Shown here piece by piece: positions 48,401 to 60,067 of a stretch of 64,000 nucleotides of DNA. The translations under genes and the position numbers were made by a program. The notes under the pieces are model-generated. The model ran no database searches and had not been told where the DNA came from. It was given only the letters and a program-made list of their open reading frames with translations. This DNA is from Okamejei kenojei. Taxonomy: Eukaryota. Numbering within the stretch: position 1 is the stretch's first letter; each line of letters opens with the position of its first letter. The stretch spans positions 25,730,001 through 25,794,000 of the forward strand of contig CM069147.1 of NCBI GenBank assembly GCA_035221665.1, given 5' to 3'.

Positions 48401-51400
48401 ATGAATGGTATTTCCTGGATTGAATATCGTGCAGGGCGGAATGCCTCCAGCAAGGTACCCAGGGCATAACTACTTAATCTATATCGTGTATGTCGTGATG
48501 GACCCTACTGAAACAAGGATGGTGTCATATTGACAAACATATAATTGCGCAGGGTTGTGGGCATGGTCGGGTTGGCTTGCGGGAAGTACTTTTTAAATTT
48601 TTTTTTTTTTTTTTTTGGGGTTTTTTTTTTTCTTAGTACGGAAATTTAAGGGAACCCCCCGGGTGGAACCAAATTACAAACGAAAAAAGGTATCTGGTGT
48701 GGGCGTTAGTTGAGTATATACAAGGCAAAAATTGAGGAGAAATAATATAGGTTTTTTGAGGGTCGTTAAGGGGGAAACAGAACAGAAATAAGCGGCGTGA
48801 TTGAAACTAAGAGTTGGTTCATTTGTGGCCATCAAATTCTCGATGGTGGGGGGGGGGCAATTTTCTTCGTTTGGCATCTTATTTTAATTAGTCTCTGACA
48901 CTGATGGACGAAAAATCTCGGAGAATGAATGATCAATGTGCGCATTTTGAGGTCTCTCAAAAAAAACTGCCTTCTATTTCCTGACGCGAATTTACCGCCT
49001 TCAGGCAACTCAGACAGCCTTCTTAACGCAACGATTTCTCGGCTCCATGTTCCGGGGGGACCGATGTTGATTCGGAGTCAGTGTAGAAGATACCGTGACG
49101 ATTATTAACCCGACCTTTTCCTCATTCCCCGCCAGGCTGCTTCGTCTCGGTCCGATCTGTATTTGAAAGTTGGACCCTTGGAAGATGTATTCCTTGGAAT
49201 TTTGACTGCGGGTAGTGTGTGAGACACACGGCTTTTTATTTTGGGTCTTCCAAAATACGCAGATATGATCGTTGTCACCTGATAATGTCACTGCCGAATT
49301 TGTCCATAAAGTCATTGCTGTTGTTATGAGTTCTGGACAGTGGTGTAATTTACCCCGAAACCTTTACGCGGACCAAAAGCGAGGCATAATGAATTCGGGT
49401 TCAAATTCATTGTAAATATTTGGTTTCTGCTTGCAAGATTTTTACCAGCAGTGTTTAATTTCCATTGTGCTATATCAATGACTAAACTGGATTGTGCACC
49501 CATCTAATGACAGCTGCTGAGAAAACAGGTCGGGCCAAGAAGATTATTCGAATGTTGTTCGTAAGTACGGTGTGTCTCAGTGGCATCTAAATATTCCGCT
49601 GTCGGTGTGTTCCTTCCCCTTCAATGCGTGTACAATCTGGCAAACCTAACGGTTTTCTGTGGAAAGATAGAAACAAAGGCTTCCTGAAAGAAAACAGCAG
49701 GAAGAGAGATCTTAATATAAGGGCTGAGGAGGCGCATATCTTCACTGCTGAATGTCAGGTCTCGGAACGCCGGACACATTACATTGTCTTGCACAACAAA
49801 GCACGGGCCGCAACGGTTTGGATGGGACAGGAGAGCAACTGATCGTCTATGGTGAGCGAAGGTTCTTTTAGTTGCTAGAGACAAAAGATGTGGAGGAATG
49901 ACTCAGGGGTGCAGCAAGATCTATGGAAACGAAGGATATAGGCAACGTTTCGTCCCGAATGATGTGCTGCGTCCGCTGAGTTTCTTCAGCACTTCGATTT
50001 TCCAGCTTCTGCAGTTCCTCTTAGGTATTCAGTGTGCAGCTCGAATTAGGATTTTGCCTTACACAAAAGTCTTGTTAATCCAGATTCCTGAAATGTGTTA
50101 AAACGTTGTCGGGGGGGGGGAGATTAATTATTGTAACACACAAAGGGAACATTAACATAAAGAACACATGCCTCAAGTAAACAATTATTCTAGATTGGCT
50201 CATATCTAAAATTATAGGCCAGAGGGAATGTCAGCAATGATATTTGAGCTGATAGTATATTGGAAGGTGGGTGGAGGTGGTCATATGAATAATACAGCGG
50301 TGTCAATTTGACCTGACTCGTCCGAGGTGGGGGAGGGATCTTCTGTTGATGATTGCCTAATGAGTAATGGTATCAACATATAGTCCTGTTGCATTGAAGA
50401 GCGGAGGTTTTTACTTCCCCAAAATAATTGAAATATAATAGTTATTATTTCTTGCGCCGCGAAATAGAGAACTCAAGAAATTTTCTTCAAAGCTTTCTCT
50501 GTAAGCCAGTCAAAGGTCTGCGCACAGGTTTATGACTGATAATATTGGGAAGTTGAATATTCACACAGAGTGATTGTGCCGTAGAAAAGAGTTTTGACAA
50601 CTTGAAAAGTGAATTCGCAGACATGGTAGACAAGAAAGCAAACCTGTGCAAATTCGGCTCTTTTCTTAAATTAAATGTCAAGGGAATAGCATGTCAAGGG
50701 ATGGGGGGGGGGGGGGGGGGACAATTGCGATGAATTTATACAACCTTCATCTGGGCTCCGTTTTTAAAAATTTATGATGGAATATTAAAAGTAGCGTTGT
50801 GAAATAATGCTATTGGTTGATGTCATCGACTTTTCCCTTTCTTTTAGTTATAACCCTTCTACTTAGCTGTACTTTCGCCTCTGAAGATTGTATCTATTCG
50901 ATCTAGAAATGCCTGCGACTCATGTTCCTGAAATCAGTGCAGAACGGGCTGCCTTTTACCGAAAGGAAATTTAATCTCACCTGGCACTTCAGGAACTGGT
51001 CCCTCATAAATCGGATTTCGGCATGATCAACATTTAACGGCAGATCGGATTGTATGAAGTTATCAGCTTTTAGAGGAGAACGGGCAGTCAAAGGAGGAAC
51101 CGTTTACACGTGTAAAATTATTCACCGTTCTATGCTAACTCCAGCAACTGCCAACTACACGGTTCCTCATGAAGGTAACGTTTCCTACGGATAGTATAAT
51201 GGACAGTCCATTGAATAATAATATTAATAGTAAAAATAAAATGTGAAGATTTTTTAAAGACCGTATTTTGTGCAGCAAATTTATTTTCCGAGAACTTGTG
51301 CAATTTTCCTATTTTCTCCCAGCGTAGACGGACGCTGTAAAGTCCATCCAGTCTATGTTGCCTCCCCGAAGAATTTCATCAATACCGTTCCCGCAATCGA

Positions 51401-51569
51401 TCGCGAACCTGCAGCCCATTCCCGTTCACGTGATCTACAAGTCCACTCTGATGCCTCCACAAACATCACACCTTCCCGAGGAATAATGTAAAAAGAATCA
51501 ATTAACACACAAAGCAGTTCCTTGGTAAAATCTCAGAGAATGTGCAATGTCCATGCAGACAGTACCGGA

Positions 51570-52250
51570 GGGTACACAAAATGCTGGAGAAACTCAGCGG
51601 GTGTAGCAGCATCTATGGAGCGAAGGAGATAGGCAACGTATCGGGCCGAAACCTTCCTCGCCTTCCCCCCACCTGGTGGGGGGAGGCGGAGGGAAGAAAG
51701 GAAAAGGGAGCAGGCGGAGCCCGAGGGCTGAGGGAGGGATAAGAAGGAGAGAAGACAACAAAGGGTTAACAGAATTGAGAAAATTCGATGTTCATGCCAA
51801 GAGGATGCAGACTTCCCTAGCGGAATATGAGGTGCTGTTTCTCCAATTTGCGGTGTTGCTCTCGCTGGCCGTGAAGGAGGCCCAGGATAGAGAGGTCGGA
51901 TACGGAATGGAGGGGTGAGTTGAAGTGCTGAGCTACGGGAGGTGGGTTGTTAATGCGGACCGAACGGATGGTATTCGGGCGAAACGATCGCCAAGCCTCC
52001 GCTTGGTCTCACCGATATAGATCAACTGACATCTAGGAGCAAGCGGATGCAATAGATTAAGGTGGAGGCGGTGCAGGTGAACCTCTTGTCGGACCTGGAA
52101 ACGTTGTTGGGTCATTGAATGGAGTGGAGGGGGGAGGTAAAGCGACATGTGTAGCATCTCTTTGGTTGCAAGGGAAAGTGCCGGGGAAAGGGGCGGAGCG
52201 GGAGGGAAATGAAGGTTGACAAAGGGTGTTGCGGAGGGAACGGTACTTTG
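51570..52250 (-). mobile_element. Penelope-like element remnant with GIY-YIG endonuclease
   Basis: CQLIYIGETKRRLGDRF motif; flanked by the ctcagcgggtg...gaaggagataggcaacg terminal repeat. A second PLE-like remnant lies at ~52871-53985. Confidence 0.8.
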
Positions 52251-54382
52251 CGGAAGTCCTCCGCAAACTCCAGCGGAAGCATCCAGCATAGTGGGACGAA
52301 GTAATCGAGAAGGAGTTCGGGGGTAACGCCGCAGCGAATGTTGTTGAACAAGCACATGCACCATGTAACCAACACATGGTTAGCCAGTAAGCTGATGTGA
52401 GTGTCCATGATGCTGCAACTTTAACTTGGAGAAAGTGAGTGGAGTCAAATTGAATTGTTGATGGGGTGACGAAAAATTCTCTAGACACAGGAGATTGTTC
52501 GTTTATGAGAAAAATATATTTGGTCTATTTTCAAGGAAGAAACGGAGGCCATGAGATGTTTCTGCTCCTAACCACTCTACACCTACTATAGATATCAGAG
52601 GTCATTGGGAGGAAGGAAGGAGAATAGGGTTGGAGGAGAGATAGATCCAGGCATGGTTGATTTGCGGAAGTAGACATGATGGGCCGAATTGCCTAATTAC
52701 TCTATTCCTTTAAGATATTAATACCCCTCCCCTGGCCCGCCCTTGCACAGCTCCTCATCCCCTCCTCTTGAAGCCCTCTGCCCCCTACCCGACCCTGCTT
52801 CAGCACCTTTGCTCGCCTGACTCAGCCTCACCCCTGTCGTGTTTTCACCACCCCCTGGACCTTCCTTTGCGATACAGAACGGCCAGTCTTCGAATCAATT
52901 GAGCTACATCCTACACCCGTGCAACCTCAACTTACTCACTAATGTCTACTTGCCTAAAAGGACCTGGACTATCTCGATACCGCTCTATCCTTCCTTTCTC
53001 TTCTCCATTCGCTCCACCAGCCACCGCCAATCCTAAACATCATCGTCGACATTTCGTCGCCCGCCACTGATTCCCATTAATAATCACTATATTTACATTC
53101 ATGTGCGCTTTCGCCTTTTGCAGGGATGTTCCTCCACAACTATGGTTAATTAATCCCTTTAAAACGCAGACCACCCCAAACCGAAGGTAAATTCTTTTAC
53201 AACTGCGAGGATGGATGTAAACACTCGCTCTGTACCTCCCTCCTCTCCTCTATGACGGACTACCGACTGGTCTTCTCCAGGTTGACAGTAGTTCATATGA
53301 TCTTCCTCTTAATGTTATCTACTGTCTCCGTTGGTCTGGTATGGCCGGGGTCCATGTATAATAGTTAATTTTTTTCTATTTTTTTTTTTTTTTTTTTTAC
53401 TGTGAAAAAGGTGTGGATTTAATCGGCATTTAGCCTGCATGCTCTGGACTATTGGATTCTCCCAGTTGCTAAGTATTTAATTCCCTTTCTCATTCTACAC
53501 TGACCTTTCTGTCGAGGACCTGCCTTGGGCACAGTGGCGGAAAGCAAAATTCGTGCGAACAACCACCTCATATTTCATTGTATGGCATACAGCCCAGGCG
53601 GCTAAAGAAAGTTGAATTCTCCAAATTTTAGTAATGTCCACAAACATTACCTCCATATCCTTGCCCCGCCCGCCCCCTCCACATTTGCCACCTTCCTCCT
53701 CTAAATGTCGATTAACCAGTCCACAATTTGCAAACGATGTAGCCCCTCTTGGCATAACGTCGTCTCCCCCTAACCAAACATTCGCCTAATCTGGGAACCT
53801 CCTGGTGTTGGGGGTCAAGGATATGTAGCTGGTGCTTCGGTGTCCTCCCCCCCCCCCCCCACCCCCCCCCCACCCCCCCCCCCACAATCAGTCTGAACAA
53901 GTGTCCCGACACAAAACGTCACCTCTCCATTTTCTCCAATGATGCTGCCTGACCCGCTGAGTTACGCCAGCATTTTCAGTCTATCTATGAGAGTTATCTT
54001 GTTGGCTCTTGCATTAATTGGGGACAGTTAGTGGGGAGAAGACGTCTGTAACGATTCACTCCTGGCCAGCGTCAGTAACATTAACATCTCCTTCAAGAGT
54101 TGGTGAACAGAATATATCCAAATTAATGTATTATGTTCCACAATTTTCTGTTTCCTAACGGTCAATATCCCACTAGGTTCACTTAAGATCTGTTTATTTC
54201 AATCCTAATCGAGCCATAAATCGAAATTGTTGGCTCTTTGCCGCCTTCCACGCGGTTCTGGGGAAATCCATTGAGTGAACATTTGAAATATCTTGCTTTG
54301 TTTTCCGCAAAGTCTACTTTGAAATACTGAATTAAATATAAACATTTGGTCATCGGTTTAACCCCCCACCCCCCCTCCAAAG

Positions 54383-54484
54383 CTGTCGATGGTTTATCTG
54401 CTTCTCTAATCGCTGGAAGTATCCGAGGTGCAGTGTTAATTTTAATGTTCATCGTTGTCGTCGCGATGACAATTATATTTAGAG
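54383..54484 (+). CDS. Gene A' intact transmembrane exon with intramembrane Arg (AVDGLSASLIAGSIRGAVLILMFIVVVAMTIIFR)
   Basis: Acceptor ctccaaag|, donor AG|gtatgt, 102 nt, phase 1/1; hydrophobic stretch containing R. Confidence 0.85.
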
Positions 54485-55539
54485 GTATGTTTCTCATCCA
54501 TGTTTTAACATTATCATCCCAGTATAATATTATAATGTAATAGTATTGGTAATTACACGATTCTCTTGATAATAAAGGAAATGAAACATTTGCACGGACA
54601 AAAATTATGATTATAATAAACAGCACCGACTTAACGATAGATATTCAATTTTGCATGTGACTAATGTTTGATGATCACATATTTTGAATTATATGTTTTA
54701 TTTCGACACATCGTCACATAGCAGCCAGCATTTGATTGTACCTATTGGTCAAGATCTGAACATCTGTGAATTTTCCGATAAAAATGTTTTTCATTGGTTG
54801 AAAGATACAGTAGAGAAATAGGCCTTTTAACCCATCGATTCTATGCCGGCCATCGATCATCCGTTCACACCAGGTCTACGTTAACCTACTTTCGCATCCA
54901 CTCAATACACAGTGGGGGCAATTTACAGAGGTCAATTAACCCACTAATCCGCACATTCTTGGGATATGGGAGTATACTGGAGCAACGGGTAAAATCCACG
55001 TGGTCACAGGGAGAATATGCCTCAAACTCCGCATTTACCTGTTCCACCACTGTGTCGTCCAACATCTTGGAAAAAACGTGGCAGAAACAACGTGGTGTAT
55101 GTAGTGAAGCGTATATAGTGAAACTCTACCGTGCAATTATCACATGATATTACGTTCTTTGCGTGCTAGAAAACACCATGTCGCACGGCCATTTATCACT
55201 ATTTTATATTTCCGAGCAGGTGCAAAGAAGCGTACAGGAAATACTAAATCGGACACAAAGTTTGGTAAGGCTTATTTAATACATGACTATTCCATTTGTG
55301 AAAGTAGAGACAGGATTCTGCCTTTATTGAAACCAAATCGTTTTAATAAGGACCACGTCTTATTCTGTTTGAACGTATGCCCAATCCGTGAAGTTCACAG
55401 TCCACTACACAAAGGAGGACAAAAAGAACAATATACAATGCATTTACAGAAGTTCGCATTTATTATAAATATATATATTGTTTACACCAGGTGTGGTAAA
55501 AGGAATATTTTCATTGTACCTTACTGCTTCTTGTCCAGC

Positions 55540-56980
55540 CACAGGCGAGATTCCGGATTACTGGAGAGTGGCTGTGTTTTTCCTTTGTTTAAGAAGGGAA
55601 GTGGAGGGAATCCAAGTCTCAATCAGTTGGATCTAAATATAGGTCGGTTGACCACACGTTAGTGGTTGGGAACCGATTGGAAAGACTTCTTCAAGAGAGG
55701 ATCTACTGACATTGGGAAGCGAATGGACGAATAGCGATAGCCAGCACGGCCGAACACGTTTTACTGATGTAATTGAGTTTTCTGAACAGATGACAAAGGA
55801 GATTCGTGAGGGCAGGGCAGTAGCTGCTGCAAACACGAATCTTAGGAAAGCTTGTGATAAAGTCCCTCGTGATAGGATGATCCAAAAGATCAAGATCAAG
55901 ATATACAGGACCTACTGTAACTTGGTGATATTAATTCAGAACTGACTTCTTCAGAGCGACAGAGGTTTGTCGAAGGAAGATCTGCCTGAAGGTCTGCGAT
56001 CAGTGGAATTCCACACGGACCACTGTTATTTGTGTTTTATATAAATGACGTAGACATAAATCTAGATGAATTGTTGAGTAAATTTGCTGAACAACAGAAC
56101 AGTAGGAGTTGCAGACAGCGAGGGGGGCTGTCCGAAAATACAGAGAGTTATAGATCATCGATAGAAGTGGGTGAAGAAATGGCAGACGGAGCATGATAGA
56201 GTATAACCCGAGCAGTCTGAGCTGTTGCACTTTAGGATGGCGCATGTAAGGATAATGTCAAGATGCTAAAGTGAATCGATGTGCAGGGAGGTCATGGAGT
56301 CCAAGTTCATAGCTCACTGAAGGCAGCATGAAGAGGTAGGCTAGTAAAGATGGCGAATGATATGTTTGCCTTCATTGCTAGGGGATTGAATATGTCATGA
56401 AATCATGAAACAGCTCTAAAAGACTATAGTTATGCCCCATTAGTTTTCCGTGCGGTTCTGGTAGCCTCATTACAGAAAGCCTATGGGGAGGGTGCAGAAG
56501 AGGTTTACCAGATGCGCTTGGATTAGCGAGGTGCAAGTGAACGAAGGGGTTGTATAAACTTGGATAGTTTTCACTGGAAATTCGGAGCATGAGGGCAGAA
56601 TTAGTAGAGTAAAATGTATAGATAGGGTAGACCGTCAGAACCTTTTCCACATAATATAAATGTCCAATGCTAGAGGGCATAGCTATAAGGTGTGTGGGAG
56701 AAAGTTTGGTAGATGTATACCGGGGAAGTTCTTTACATAGCGATTGTTGTTTGCCTAGAAGGCATTACCAGGTGTGATGGTGGAGGCAGACACGACAGTG
56801 GCGTTTAAAAGGCATTTAGATGGACACTTGCTTGTGCAAGGAAAAAGGGGATATGGATCATGTACAGATAGATGAGATTATGTACAGATAGATGAGATCT
56901 GTTTAACATGGCATCGTGTTCAGCACAAACATTTTGGGCCGAAGGGCGCGTTCCTATGCTGTACCGGTCTATGTTCTATG
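55540..56980 (+). mobile_element. Old CR1; the mirror copy at ~7850-8680 lacks ~620 bp
   Basis: KACDKVP motif, tctatgttctatg tail; deletion junction gtcat/gcat in the left arm at ~7922. Confidence 0.75.
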
Positions 56981-58739
56981 TTATGTGCAGTTATCATTTT
57001 GATCTGTCCAGTTGGGACTGTTTGCCCCACAGTCGATTAGACTCTGGAAATTGGTCTTCGTGCGAGAAGTCTTTCGAGACAAAACAACAAATAATTGCCC
57101 CTCGTATATTCTTGCCAGCGCATTCCGATCGAAAGCTTCATCTGTAGTATAACTAATCTTAAAATAAGTTCATGAATTTCCAGGAAGATGATGAGAAAGT
57201 TAGCTGCAATTCGATGCACGCCCATTTGGATCTTGTCCGCAGCAAAGAATAAGGGAAACCTTAAGAGCACGTTGAGAGCCCTGTGCATGCAAAGGTAAAG
57301 ATCGTTTCAAGCTTTTACTCTACACATCTGAGCATACAGATACGTCTTACTCGGAGAAATTTGTCGTTTTCTTGTCCAATTAACAATAACAAACATTTGT
57401 GCACAGATCGCAATTATGGCTGCTGCTGATAACGAACTGGCACACGCTTCCTTGAACACGTCTAGCTCCAAAAAGAAATTGAAACGGCAACATAAAGAAA
57501 TAAGTGTAATATATAGCGAGGTGAAAAAAAACAACTAAATTCGACGGGCTCTCTGGAAGTGAATCGAAAATATATCATTTACTCTCGAAATGAATTATTC
57601 GCTAATTTTATTCTATTCATAGAGTTCGAGAATCATAGCTTCAATGCGTCATACAACATGGGAAAAGGCCCTTGGGCCAAACTGCATGCCGTCCAATCTG
57701 CCCCAGTAGTCACACCTAACCGCGTTTGACCCATATCACTCTCAACGTTTCCTATATATATACCAACCCAAATATTCTATACATGCTGTTATAGTATCTG
57801 ACTCAGCTCGTTGTAGACACCCGCTATGTGAATGCAGTGCCCGTCAGTATTTTTTTCAATTAAATCTCTATCCTCTCACCTTCAACATATGTCCTGTAGT
57901 TTTTCATTCCCATACTCTGGGTAAAATACTCTGTGCATTCGTCCTATCTATTCACAAAATGTAATACTTCACTTTCATTACCGCGGACCTACTTTTCTAC
58001 TGTACTGTGAAGTTATAATAGGCACGTTTACTTCTTAGTTGAGGGGGCTCACGCAGCGTGGCTAACGTATAATTGTTTTTAATCTCATTGTTATTACAAT
58101 TCCATTATTTCCTATTAATTATGTTTACCTTCACATGCGTGAATTGGCATTCCAAATTCCATTTATTGCTTTATTATGAAGCTTGGTGCATGTATCAATT
58201 GATTATTTTCTTTCATACCAAATAATTAATTCAAGATTCCGATTTAGTGAATTTTAGTGAATTCGATATTTTATACATCCATAATCCCTCAATCAAATAA
58301 CTTGTGATTTTCAAATGTTAAGCATTTTTATTTCATTGGATTACTCTCGGCAAACTGCAGCACATGCAAATTTCGCGCTGTGATATTAGAGACACCCTTA
58401 TCACCTCCTCGTTTGATCCACCAATAAGCTAAGGAATTTTAGGCACCAGGTTGTCACAATTATGCAGTGTGATTTGTTTCGGAGATATGATTCCAGGTCA
58501 AAAGTTCACAAGAGGCATATTCACAACAAGATTATTTATGACACTGCAAAAAAACCCAACCTCAATGGCCTTACCATTGAAAAAATATTAGATAACCGGG
58601 AGTCATAGAAATACACAACACGAACAGGTCAATCTAATCGGCATTGTCCATCGGCTTCTTTGTCATATTCCTTCACTAAGACGATTTTTTTCCCAGTTTC
58701 AGGACAAAGATTCTCCCCGCCCATTCCCCGCCTTAACAC

Positions 58740-59120
58740 ACAATCACACAAACACTTTGCACTTCGCGGCCAAATAGTGTTGACAAACCTTGAGTCAGTG
58801 GACTGGTCCATATTCATGGAAACCGCAGCTAACCTGAATGAGTACGTCACAACTGTGACTGACTTCATCAGCAAATGCACAGAATATTGTGTGCAGCCAA
58901 AGACAATCTGAGTGTTCCCCAACCCAAAACCATGGATGTTTCCGGAATGTTAACGCGAGGTACATTCACAGGTCAAGGCCAGGTCTCCTGCATACAAGTC
59001 AAACGACCCCGAGCAATTCAAGAAGGCCTGCTAATATCGCTATCAAATCATCGGAGGGACACAATTTGGGGGACACACAATGTCTTGGTGGCCGCGCGCA
59101 GGTGCATGCGCGCGCGCGCT

Positions 59121-59151
<31 letters not shown>

Positions 59152-60067
59152 GAAGCTTTGTAAGCTTCAGCCATGGGCACTGTGGACGGTAACATCGGGA
59201 GCTGACCTGGTTGGTGACCGACTCCGAACTCCAACAACAGCGGGTTCGTCCGCCCTGAATTGCGGGGCATGAATAGGCCCGATCGCGGGGCCTTTCATCG
59301 CCCTGCGCGGCTTAAAATCGGCCGGCGGGGGCTTCAACATCGGGAGCCTCGATCGCCTTGATGCAGCAGTTTGATTTTACGCCACACCGGGCGAGGAAAC
59401 GCCCTGCGAAGGGGCCAATTTAGCCCTGAGAACACGTCTGATACCCACTTGAATCTATCAAAAGCAACAATGGTCCACAATGTGATAAATGACACTTAAA
59501 CAAATAAAACTGAAACAAATAAAGGCAAACGGAAGAACCAATCTTGGAAGGGAGAGAGAGAGAGAGAGAGAGAGAGATAATGGGGAAAAAGTACTAAATA
59601 ACATGAGTGACCGTGAATGAGGGACTTACCTGCAAGCCAGCCAGGAAACCCGTTCGACCTAACCCATTTAAATCCGAAACCCATTTAAATCTTTCACATC
59701 CACCAATACATCCAATTTGTTCAAGTGGTAATTGTACCGGCATCAGATAGCATTAGATAGAAATTCTCCGTGAATACCTTCAGTAATACTTGAAGGTCAA
59801 AGCACAATTGGTGACACATCGTTAATACGATTTTAACAGAAACATTTAACAAGCGCTTAACAGTGACACCCCCACTGTCTCGTGGAAAGCGGATTTTGTA
59901 ATTGATTTTTCTCACCGAATATCAAAATCCGAATTACAAAACATGGGGGGGGATTGTCCCTCACCTCTCAAAACATGGGAGGGGCGTGTGTCCCAGAATT
60001 TCTACACATGCCTGCTATCATCTCCGCAAAACCATCAAGGAGATACCGGGACGAACCTGGCAAAGTG
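58740..60067 (+). mobile_element. Upstream fragments of the same Rex1 element (58740-59040, 60016-60067), mirrored at ~5790-6060 and 4540-4610
   Basis: LESVDWSIFMETAANLNEYVTTVTDFISKC...KTI; the left copy reads LRKAIKDAKRQYRE. Confidence 0.75.

Larger units (their letters stand above)
49156..54735 (+). pseudogene. IgSF receptor gene A' (mirror paralog): L ~49156-49211, V 49514-49851, C1 50867-51174, TM 54383-54484, tail 54722-54735
   Basis: Splice sites match gene A. L, V and C1 carry many small indels (V exon is 338 nt vs 312 nt; start ATG reads CTG). Either a pseudogene or consensus error. Confidence 0.85.
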
